This document shows positions 22,201-33,031 of a DNA stretch of 64,000 bases, piece after piece (positions within the stretch are counted from its first letter, which is position 1; each line of letters starts with the position of its first letter). This DNA comes from Azolla caroliniana (Eukaryota; Plantae; Polypodiophyta): positions 21,576,001-21,640,000 of the forward strand of contig JBHGNT010000011.1 of NCBI GenBank assembly GCA_043228905.1, given 5' to 3'. The position numbers and the translations under genes are program-made. The notes below the pieces were generated by a model. That model saw nothing but the letters and a program-made list of their open reading frames with translations, ran no database searches and was not told the origin of the DNA.

Positions 22201-24067
22201 AAGGCACACCTGGGATAGAACAAGAGTCTCGCAAGTGGCCATCGCGGGCCGGATCGGCGCGGACGGGGCTGAACGAAGGAAGCGGAAGACGGCACAAGGG
22301 AGGTGCCGAGAACGAGGTGACAAGTGCCTAGTGGACTGCACAAGGTCGGAGTCAGGGGATGGCAAGAGAGGCCGGAGGAGGATCCTCCACACTCGCTTCG
22401 TAGATCTCGGTAGCTCTGTCGAAGTAGCGAAGACAGACACGCCAAGCCGAGATGACAAGCTGGTGGGGGCGAGGGGATGACGGCAAGCGGAAGAATCAGG
22501 ACCTATTGCGGCAGCACGAAGACGGGAAGGGCCAAGCGGGCTACTACGGGGTTTTCCTCGGATGCAAAGGACACCGGTATGTGGGTGAGTGGTGATGCAC
22601 GATCTGGTCGGAAAAGGGCCGACAAGGCGTGCAATGAACCGGAGTACGGCACAAGCGGTGCCAAACCACGGGCGGGGGTACATGGCACACAGAGGTGTCG
22701 AAGCAAAAAGGCGAGCATGGAGATAAGTTGCGCGGTTTGGAGGTATCGCGGAGAAGACCGGAAAGGGATCCCCACACCGTTCTAGAGACCATGGCGGTTC
22801 GAGCCGACGCGGCGATGTAAGACCATGAAGAAGGAAGGTGGCGGCGAGAGGACGAGGGCAACGCGAAATGACAAGGGATGGCAATCAGGGCGACGCGAAT
22901 GATCAACGGAGGCCAAGCGGGCCATCGGGCATACAACGAGAAGCGGGGCGTTCATACGGCCGAACAAGGGCCAACGGAAGTACGCGTACTACGGAGATTG
23001 CGGCGGAGGACCCATCGACGGGTCGAACGAGCCTACGGGGAGGCGAGCGCGAAGGAAGACTCGAAGCCGGCGGATCAAACCGGTAGCGAGCCAAGATGCG
23101 GATCACGGGAGACCGGTTTCTCACCGGCCGAAATCTCTCACCCTTCAACCAGATTTGGCACGTACCGGTGGACGTGCAGTTAGGTGGGGGCGGATGTCGT
23201 GAAGAATTTCGGCCAGAGGCGGAAACCGGGAACATTGGCTACATCGGCGGGGTGCAGCGTGTGTACGCACCCATATACATTTAGTGTGAATATCGAGGGC
23301 GCCTTTATGGCGCCAAAGAGTAGTCAAGTCGGGACAGACAATCCCATGTAAGTCGGGATTTGTCCCACATTGTAATGCATCCCTTTCCTTGTTCTATAAA
23401 AGGAAGGGGACGCCCTTTGTGAAAGGGTTGCCCATTTTGCATTAGAGGTCATGAAACGTGGCAGGGTTCAGGAACCCCAAGACACGACTCTCCCGCGAAC
23501 CGTGATTCGCGGGTCGTAGCGAGGTTCTTGAGTCATGAAACGTGGCCCAGTCACGGTATATCGTTAGGTTTAGAGTTAGTTTTTTTTTTCTTCTTCTTCT
23601 TCTTCTCCTTCGTGTTCGCTTAGGGTTTGCTTCAGCTCATCTCCTACGCAAGACCCCGCTCGGCGCGACGAGCCTGTGAGCTCCCCGACGGCGGCTTGGC
23701 AGCTGACGACTACTGTAACCTGCCTTGGAACAGCTCGAAGCCGGGAATGTATTCTTCTGTTTATATATATACATTTGCGTTTGTCTGTCTATTCGCGTCT
23801 CGGTCGATGTCGGGTGCTTCCCCTTTTCTGCGTTTCCTGTACATAAGGGCGTGAGTCGTGTCGGCATGTGTGTGTATGTGTGTGTGTGTGCGTGAGTCGG
23901 TGTTAAGCGCGCGCTCCCTCTCTTTCTCTCTCTCCCTTCGGTCGCTTCCGATGTTCTTCTGGGGTCCCCCGGAAACGGTGAAGCATGACTTCCTACGCTC
24001 TGTCACTCCCTGGTCCAAGACCCCCGTGGTCCCACCTTTCTCCACGCACGCGCGTAACAACGCGACA
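19232..24067 (+). mobile_element. Full-length non-autonomous (gag-only) gypsy element E
   Basis: LTRs at 19232-19847 and 23195-24067. TSD ACGT at 19228-19231 and 24068-24071. tRNA-Trp PBS at 19852-19869, PPT at 23182-23194. No RT or integrase motifs inside. Confidence 0.93.
19885..21414 (+). pseudogene. gag-derived ORF of element E (one frame, three TGA stops)
   Basis: ORFs 19990, 20338 and 20626 share one frame. RFNGDKVPSYL, REFERRLARL, LLFVRSID and GLTEDW align with element A gag. Confidence 0.8.
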
Positions 24068-24580
24068 ACGTTAAAGGGGTTGTTCGGTATGTGTAATGTG
24101 TATGAGTGTGAGGATGAGTATGTGTGAGCACATGCACAATTATGCGCATGTGACAAGAATGTAACAGTCTCTTTTTGTAACGGACATATTATTTACCGTT
24201 ACATTATGTATTATATAAACCCCTTATGGGGCATGTAATGGGATATAGTTTTCTCCCCTCTCATTTGGTGTCATTTTCTATTTTTCTTTCTCTCTCGCTC
24301 TCTCTCTAACGTAACCCCCTTGGGAGGGGGTGAAGCCATTCTAGGCTTCACCCCCCACCCCAACAACACTTTTGGCACACTTGAAAGGCCGACCCTCTCT
24401 TGAGAGGAAGTCTATCGCTCACTCTCCCTTTCCCTCACTAATATGTCTTTGCTCTCTCTCTCTCTCTCCTTGTTGGTCTTTGTGTTAGAGAGTGTGATTT
24501 GTGCATGAACTCTCTATGTGAGAGCTCACGTGCGATGGAGATCTCCACACTACCTCCCTTGAGAAGAAGTTATGTGTATA

Positions 24581-26234
24581 TGTTGCAAAACAGCGCTCGG
24601 TCACAAACCGAGGAGTAGGATCAACTCACAGAAAACGGGAAATACAAAGTGCACGAAGACAATAGAGAGAAGACTACACAGGGTGTTTTACGTGGAAAAC
24701 CCTAAATGGGAAAAACCACGGGAGTCCTCAAACTCCAACTATCACTATACACAGAGATGTACAATGGTGAAGCTACAAGCCAACAACCTTGAGCTCACTG
24801 TCTTCGCCACAGGCGGCGGTAATACACAGAGGCGTCGACCTCTTCCTTTCTCTCTCTCTCTCTCGGCTGCACTCACTTCGCTCTCTCGGCTGAAAACATA
24901 AAATGAGCAACAACAGTAAAACTGTTTGCCCTAAGTCATTTTTATACGCATATGACTTTCGGGCTATTTACAAATATAGCCTCAAGGGCCCTTGGCAAAC
25001 ATATTCACAAATATGTCCCCGCATCCGGATCTCGCTCTGGGTACATTCATCATCCGGCTCCGTAGCCGGGGTCTTCATCATCCGGCTCCGTAGCCGGGAC
25101 CGTAACCGTAACCGGGATTGCCGTCATTCATCTCCTTCTCACCCTTTGTCTTGGGGCTTTGCTTGCTGGACAACTTGCAGTTTGCCAGGAGGGTTGACCC
25201 GACCGGTCTTGCTTCCGACATGTTGAACCGGTGAAGTACCTTTGTCACGTACTTCTCCTGTGACAACCACAACTGCTTCTTCTTCCGGTCCCGGATGATG
25301 TGCATCCCTAGTATTTGCCTCGCCGGACCCAGGTCCTTCATTGAGAAGGTTCGGTGAAGCGCTTTCTTCAGCGTCCGTATCTTGACCTGGTCCCGTCCGA
25401 CGATCAACATGTCGTCCACGTACAGGAGGAGTATTAGAAAGTCTCCTCCTTCGAACTTCTTCACAAACACGCAGTGATCGGACTGCGTTTTGTGGTACCC
25501 TTCTTCGGTCATGAAAGAGTCGAACTTCCGGTACCATTGCCGGGGAGCCTGCTTCAGTCCGTAAAGGCTCTTCTTCAACCGGCATACCAGGTGCTCCTTC
25601 CCTTCCTTCTCGAATCCTTCCGGTTGCTGCATGTAGATCTCTTCTTTGAGGTCACCGTGAAGGAATGCCGTCTTCACGTCCATCTGTTCTACCTCGAGGT
25701 CCATGCTTGCCGCTATGCTCAGCACCGTCCGGATGGAGGTCATCTTCACTACCGGGGCAAATATCTCGTCGAAGTCGACGCCCTTCTTCTGCTAGAACCC
25801 CTTCACCACGATCCTGGCTTTGTATCTCGGGGGGCTTCCGGCATCTCTCGGTTTCAGCTTGAACACCCACTTGTTTCGAAGTGCCCGCTTTCCTTTCGGC
25901 AACTCCACAAGTTCATATGTGTGGTTCTCATGCAGGGAATCCATCTCCTCCTGCATGGCACTTAACCACCTGCGGCTATGGGTGTCAAGCTTTGCTTCTT
26001 CAAAACTCTCCGGCTCCCCCTCGTCGGTTAGCAGCACGTGCTCTGGTTCCGGAAATCTCCGGGGGGCCCTTCTCTCTCTTAGAGGATATCTCCGTTCCGG
26101 AGCTTCGGTAACCGGCTCCTCCGTTTCCTCTTCATCCGAATCCATTTCGGGATCGGGGCCGGTTCCGGTATCAGTTTCATCTTCCTCGGCCGGTTCTGTT
26201 TCTTCACCGTCTTCGGCCGGATCCTCGAGTGCTC
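24581..26234 (-). mobile_element. Deleted relative of the young copia (integrase/RT linker, RT fragment, partial 3' LTR)
   Basis: ORFs 25792..26145 and 25078..25749 are nearly identical to the 11711 polyprotein. RT is fused to the LTR interior near 25128. The LTR ends ...TGCAACA at 24581. Confidence 0.92.
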
Positions 26235-26978
26235 ACATCGACGCTCAAAAAGGCGATTATCACACCGTATTGCTCGACTAATAGCTTCTGTAAGTGACCT
26301 TGGATCCTCGGGGAAGGTAAGAAGTAAGTCTTTGACATCACTACGAAGGCCTGAACGGAATTGCTCCATTAGGGCTTGTTCATCCCAAGGAATATCGCTT
26401 GCGATGAGACGGAAATTGGCAGCATATGTTGAAGCTGGTTGATCACCTTGACGAAGTGTACGAATCTTGTTGATAGTTGTTCTCGCCCCATCAGTATCTC
26501 CGAAACAAGCCTTAAATTCCTTGATAAATTCCTCGAAATTATTCAGTAGAGGAGAATTGGTCTCTAGCAATGGAGCAAACCACGACAACGCTATGCCAGT
26601 CAATAAAGTGCCCACTAGCCCGACTCGTGATGCATCTGTTGGATAACGTGCGGGATGCATTTGAATCACCAACCGTACTTGATTCAAAAAACCTCAGAAA
26701 TGCGCCCTCGACCCATCAAATTTAGTTGGGAGGCTAATTTTGGGCTCCTTGATAAGTCCCTGACCTTCAACCCTTTGTTGTTGTAACACGACGATTGTCG
26801 ACTCTAACTGTTGCACTCGTCGCGTGAACTCCTCTTGTTGTTGTTGCTTCTCTATAGTAACCTTTTGTAGATCCCCAAGTAGACGTTGATTCTCTACTTC
26901 AAGAGATGCGAACTTGGATTTAAGGTTCTCCATTTCTGCAATAAGGGTGAGATATTCTTCTAAGTTAATGGCAGCCAT
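26235..26978 (-). pseudogene. Chromovirus gag (one TGA at 26694-26696, truncated at fusion to copia)
   Basis: ORFs 26694..26978 and 26079..26687 are in frame, with a coiled-coil N-terminus followed by capsid motifs. Confidence 0.85.
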
Positions 26979-27002
26979 GGTTTCAGGATGGTTACAAAGG
27001 AG

Positions 27003-27041
<39 letters not shown>

Positions 27042-27365
27042 GAATCAAACTGTCAGAACCAAGGATAAAAGATAGAGTGATGGAAGAAGGATAGAGAAGA
27101 ATGGATGTATAAGATAGAGAAAGAAAGAGAATGGATACAAGATATGTAATGAGAGCTAAAGACTGGTGTTGATTCGAATTGATTTGAGAATACATGTATG
27201 CGCTTATTTATAGGTTCCTATAGAATAGCTTAGAGATTTCTAGAATGTTCTAGAATGTTCTAGACCTAGAATGCTCTAGGACATTCTAGAACATTCTAGA
27301 ATAATCTAGAGTTTTTACAATAATTAATGTAATATAAGAAGTAGCTTTTATTGTTTCATATAACA
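26235..27365 (-). mobile_element. 5' part of a Tcn1-like chromovirus (LTR 27051-27365 plus gag)
   Basis: LTR TGTTAT...CTGACA with TATA near 27212. Gag reads EPKISLPTKFDGSR..FLNQVRL..LLTGIALSW..LRQG..FRSGL, a sushi/PEG10-type capsid. Confidence 0.85.
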
Positions 27366-27739
27366 ATAAGCTATCTTAATGGTTGAGGTTTTCAAGTATG
27401 AATTACAAGGTTCGAGGTTCAAGTCCGGGTGACGCCATAATGGTCATGTGTTCATGACAACTACTCACTTTCACACGTGAAATGTAATATTTTTGGTCTC
27501 ATAGGTCATATTTGACCTCCGAAGACGATAATATAATCTATCTATCTATCACTCCACACACACACGCACAATTCTTCCGCATCACTCTCGATTCTTTACA
27601 CCTCTTGTTGGAACTATGAGTTGAAGAGAAGCATGTAAAGAAAAGACGAGGGAGTCCGGGCCTCGAAGAAATACAATATGTCATGACATGCAAAGAAGGT
27701 TATGTGGTAGCCATAATATGGGTAAGAGCAGCTTACGAT

Positions 27740-28200
27740 AACCCAACTGCAAATACAATATGTCAATGGAGATATAAACTTGATGTCCATGGACGTCTAC
27801 AAAAGGGGAGATGGTCGATATACATTGAACACATGTGGAAGATAACAATGGTTGTGTGAGTGACTTGGGAGCTACATAGGGATTGCCCAATGATAAAGGA
27901 AAAGGTCAGGGATGTGGAAATTAACCATGATTTCTTCGTGCAAGAGACATTGTCTCGGCCACTTATTTTGGGAGAGCCATACGTTACAACGACTCATATG
28001 GAGATGATTGTGTCAAGATGGGAAGAGTTTGGTTTAGTAGTTTTTTACGGTTAGGCGGAACCACAAGCAAAACAAGAACCCCCTCAAAGGCGAGATTTGG
28101 GAGGATTTTTTATGCAGTAGATTATTAAAGCGTGGGATCGCAATAGCTTGGGACATGTTAAGTCCCCAAATGTTATGATAAGTGTTGTTGTCCCAAATTT
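27740..28200 (+). pseudogene. Highly decayed protease region of the TGTCGTGA clan
   Basis: INLMSMD.YK and DVEINHDFFVQETLSRPLILGEPY. GGATTTT at 28103-28109. Confidence 0.75.
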
Positions 28201-28325
28201 AGTAATTTTGTTTTGTTTTCGGAGAATGAGGCCTATAAATAATCTAGTTTAGATAGGAAAACAGGCCTAGGGTTCAAAGGTTTGAAAGTCGTTTGAAGCT
28301 CACAGGTAACAACCATGTCTTTTGT

Positions 28326-28842
28326 TGTCATAAATTTCCATGCCCTCTTTCGCCACCTCCTCTTGAAGATCCTTCTCCTTTACCCAAGTAAGAAAACCTT
28401 AATAAAATATCCCAAAGAAAAGGAAGTGTACACTCACAAACCCTAAAACAACCCAAGTAAGAAGGAGGAGAAGTGGCTCAATATCCACTCTCACACCACA
28501 CACAGTAAATCCCTAAAACCCATGAAAGAAAGAAGAAGACAAGCTCTTCAAAAAGACCAAATGCTCCCCAACAATCTCAAAACATAATCAACCCTCAAGC
28601 CTCGTTTATAGCAAGAGAATAGGCTAATAAACCACATTAAATGTTTACGTACCCGTTCTCATGAAGATGCTAAAAAAGGTAATTTCTTCATACGCCAACC
28701 ATATTTGAACCGTTCCCCTTTCCGCCTTTTCCACATTTTTTTATTTATTATCATATTATTGTTTTCATATATACATATACTATATATTTGTAGTTGTCCC
28801 CTTTTCCTTATATTTTGCTTCTCGACATGCCACGTCATGACA
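28326..28842 (-). mobile_element. Old solo LTR F (probably same clan)
   Basis: Ends TGTCAT...ATGACA look like CpG-decayed TGTCGT. Flanks are TTGT and ATGT. A minus-strand TATA and TAGGGTTT motifs are arranged as in LTR D. Confidence 0.5.
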
Positions 28843-31053
28843 ATGTGCATATTCTTTTTCACAAAATTGTTAGGATCTCTTCTTGTAATAGTGTATTGTG
28901 TAGGTAATAAGCATCATTGACGCTACCGCAATGAGCAATCTTTTGTGAAGGAGCTCCAAATTTTGTAAGGTGAAGGTGGAGGTCAATGGGGAATTCTTAA
29001 CGTTGAGTATTATGTCAAAGGAATAATTGAGGGTGGACCCTTAATGAGTTTCTTCTTTGCCCTTGCTTTTTTGGGGTTAAAATTTTGTGAACCACATGCC
29101 CGTAGTTTACTTGAGCAGGTGGCGTTGACTTCCACAATGATGGCTTCCTCCACATAATTGGCCCATTTGACCATCTAGCCAAGGGCCATGAAAAGCCAAG
29201 ATGATGATCGTTGCCTCATTGCATAATATGTAGAGTAACTTATGGTGGAGATATCCTACATTGAACATGAACGTTGCCACCCTTTGGATTAGTCTGTTTG
29301 AGTTGTCATTGGTATTGTAGGTATTGGTGTTGCAAGTTGATGTGGTAAGTGGCTCCATTGCAAGCTAAGTTCAATAATTTGTTGATGGCACCGCTGGAGG
29401 GCAACCAAATATTGTCATGTTGTCAATCTAGGGTTAAGTGTCACTAAAGTACACTGCCACTAAGTGAGGTGTTTAATTCTTGAATTGGGCTAAATTACAC
29501 CACCCCTAAGTGAGGTGTTTAATGCAAGTTGTTATCTTTGTATCTCAACTCATTATGGTTGCTCACACAATATTCACATGACATTAGTATATAGAGTCAT
29601 GATATTGAACGATCACTTTGTTGAAACATATGATCCGAATGGTAGCATTACAACAAGTATGTCTTTTGTTTTAATCCATTTGACATGATGTTATTTCCCC
29701 CTGGTAAATGGCTCTTATCTCTTGTGTTTGTGCATTACTCTACGTTGCTTCATGAAAACTTAAAATTGATATAATTACAATCTTCAACCATCTACCAATA
29801 TTTGTGGACAAATTCTACGTCTTGGCTTGACTGATGATTTTCTGTACATGTCTATTGTTTAGCGTAAAAAGTTTGCAATTGACATCGTTAGCTAATGACG
29901 AGTTGTTGGGATGAATTATTCATGGGCACCCACAGGTGCGCCTAGAAAATAAACATGTTCTTTCTTACAAATAGATTTGTTTGATTCTCCATAGGGAAAA
30001 AAATAATAGTCTTCTTTTTATTAGAATAGAAAATAATGTCACTCTAAGAAAAGAAATAGAATCTATACCTTGCCATTATACATGCAAAAATAACTCATCA
30101 ACAATAATGCAAATTGGGAAGGCAAACCATGTGCTAGTTGGTAGCTTGTTGTTTTTGGTGAGTGACACCTACAAAGGGAGGTCACAAAGTGCAAGATTTC
30201 ATATGGTTGGTGGAAAAAGTCGTAGGCCAAAGGGGTCCGAACTAAGTTGTAGTTGTAGTTTTTTGCATTCAATTATGAAATACTTATATGGACTCCATAT
30301 TGTTTTTTTATGTAGATCGACAAGTGGAATGGTAGGGTTTTATTAGCTCATCAATGTTTACTCCAACCACTTTTTTCCATGGATAAGGCTTCGAAAAGTT
30401 GGAACTTGTACAAGATAGAACCAATCAAGCCTAAGTTATGCAACATCATAGAGCATTCATCATTTTTGATACGTTGGATTTCACCATTTATTTGCCCCAT
30501 CACGGGGCCCATGACCTCTTTTACGTCCTATCCATGAATGATGTTTATCACAGACCTTAGCCATATATGTAGGATTGAAATCTTACCATAAAAGCCAAAA
30601 ACGCGCAATGCAATGCAAAAACTGCATAAACCTTATTATATGCATTGCATTTTTGTGTATGACAAATTTCTAGTGCCCCCATATAGTAAAACTACTTACT
30701 TGGTATGTGTTGAAGTTTGAGAGTTTTTCATGGTTGAACGTGTGTTCCAAGCTTATGATTTTTTGACATGTTATTATGGTAGCTATTGCGAACATATAGT
30801 CATTGACATTGGAACTTTGGACCTTAATTGGAACAACTAAACATTTCACAAAATGTGACCATCTACCTACTCATAAGTTCAAAAACCTCAAACACGTTAT
30901 TTTTTGTCACGATTACCTCATTTCAATCCTATGTGGCCCACATTTCCTAGTTGAATTGCTAATATAAACTTCGATCAACCTCTATGGGATAAACTGTCCA
31001 CCAAACATTTTTCTAAGATGAATGACTTTTTGCTCCATCAACATGGTTGTCAC

Positions 31054-31374
31054 CATTGTTGTAAAATACTTAGCATAAAATACATGTAGAATACGTATTC
31101 TACAAGTATTCTAACTTCTTTTTTTTAAATACTTAGAATACGTGTAGAATACTTGTAAAATACATTAAATACTTCTTAAAATTTAAAGTTTGTTCTCAAA
31201 TATTATTTTTTTTGAAATGATAAATACTTGTTAAATACGTAGAATATGTCAAATTTTTAGAATACATAGAATACCTCAAATTTTAAAAAATGACATTTCT
31301 AAAACATAGAATATGTGTAGAATACTTCAAAGTATTCTAAAACATACTCTAAACGTGTTTTTTAACAATTTATG
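31054..31374. mobile_element. Putative hAT-type MITE with internal AGAATAC/AAATAC subrepeats
   Basis: 8-bp direct repeat GTTGTCAC at 31046-31053 and 31375-31382. Imperfect TIR ATTGTT..AAAA.AC and many short internal repeats. Confidence 0.5.
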
Positions 31375-33031
31375 GTTGTCACTAATGAGTAATGCCAACC
31401 TCACATTTTTTATGAGCAATGATATTCATCCTCTTTTGGGAACTTATTTGAACGTAGCCCAAGTTCTGTTTGATGTGACCTATTTTTGTAACCAATGGTT
31501 ACGTGCCATCTCAAGATGAACTTTTGCCTCAAGTGTATCCCACTATTGATCTATGCCACAATCAACATGAATTTCCATTGGAGTGTAGCACAAACATAGT
31601 CGTGTCTTTATTGTCTCCGTGTCATGTACATATAGTTTTTGTGTCCAATGATGATGGTGGGTCAGACTAGTCACGAATTTACAAGCAATAATTCGAGAAA
31701 ATATAAGATTAGAGCATATTCTTTCATGCCAATTATGTTGAGCCTCATTGGTCATATATTTTGTGTCACATCGGTCATATTTTGGGGATCAATATTATTG
31801 TTCGTACATCCACATAGACTTATTTCAAGACCATAGGTTTTGTGCCACATCAATTACAATTTGTTTTTCTGTCTGTATCTATCTCACAACATTACCACGA
31901 AACATTTCGAAGAAAGTAGAATATCGAGCGTTGGTTGTTTATGATATGAGGGGAACTTCGATTAGGGATTTTTATAATGACATTACGGAACTACGAACAA
32001 TGGACTCTCGACTGATAGTACTCTTGAAAGAATGGAAATTTTCATATTTTCACAACATTTTTTTCGAATCCAAGAGGGATAAAGACATCATCAGAGCAAA
32101 TCATGATGTGTTTATTAAGCAAATGACTTTTACACCACAGGTTCACAAACCACAGCAGGTCCAAAGTTTTCTTAGTATGGAGTCTAGACCAATGGCCCGA
32201 CGCCACATGAGGTGTGGGCATGAACCAATGATTCGGTGCCACATCAACAGTAGCTATCCGTTATCGATGTCGTGTTAACAGAGGAAAAGGTCGGTTAAAC
32301 CAAGTATTGTAGAAATTAAAATTAAAAGATAAAAAAATAAAATAAAAATAATTCAGTTGCCTCGAAAGGCGAAATGGATAAGTGGATAAGTAAAGGAAAG
32401 ATAGTAGAAAAGTGAGGATTAAAAAAAGAGGGGGAGAAAAAGAGTAAAAGTAAAAAAAAAAAGGCTCAGCCAATGGCGTGCCGAAACGTATACTGGTCTT
32501 TGATAGGCATTCATGTGGCCGCGTTTGCCATGCGGTTTGAAATACCCATATTTTTGTTTTTTTAAAATACTTTTTTGGTTCAAAAGAGAGGGCCTCGCCT
32601 CTCTTATAACTAGGGTTTCAGAACAAAACTGCACGAACCTTCGAGATCGCCATAGCCACATACAGACCCTACTTCTTCTTCTTCTTCTTCTTCTCTCTCT
32701 CTCTCTCTCTCTCTGATCATCCCCTCGAGACTTAAGAAAGGAACCAGTCTTTCATCTATCTCTTTTCCCGTTTTAACACCTCCCTTGCAACTTTTCCTGA
32801 GGTTTCTGTATTAGTCTTCTGAATCTGCGTCAACAAAGCTTCTGATCTCCGTCTTCTTGTCCGATTGTCACACACATCCTCTTGTGCTGATCTAAGGGAT
32901 TTCTGATCGTTTTCATCTTTTGCAAAGTTCGCCTGCGACTCTGCGTACGTCCATTTCTAAAGAATCTGTACTTGCCGTATCTAATCAGCTCTGTCGTGCC
33001 AAAAAAAACATACAAAACTTAGTCACACAGC

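Noticed and set aside
7332-23327. Many overlapping antisense and alternate-frame ORFs (e.g. 20157..21281, 22051..22884, 16690..17406)
   Set aside because: These are shadows of GC-rich retroelement sequence or low-complexity tracts, with no recognisable domains.
23448-23554. Hammerhead ribozyme (retrozyme) in the LTR insert
   Set aside because: GAAAC is present, but no CTGANGA core was found on either strand.
24068-24085. piggyBac-like end (CCCTTTAACG read inward)
   Set aside because: No TTAA target outside it, and the matching left end is missing.
24085-24575. Possible further LTR with a 12-bp-stem hairpin (24326-24355) and PBS-like TGGCAC
   Set aside because: No partner LTR, TSD or convincing PBS, so boundaries cannot be supported.
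28900-29420. Faint gag-like remnant on the minus strand
   Set aside because: Too decayed to assign by eye.
31748-32278. 176-aa ORF upstream of the thioredoxin
   Set aside because: Non-ATG start, no recognisable motif and no supporting splice structure. A profile search would be needed.
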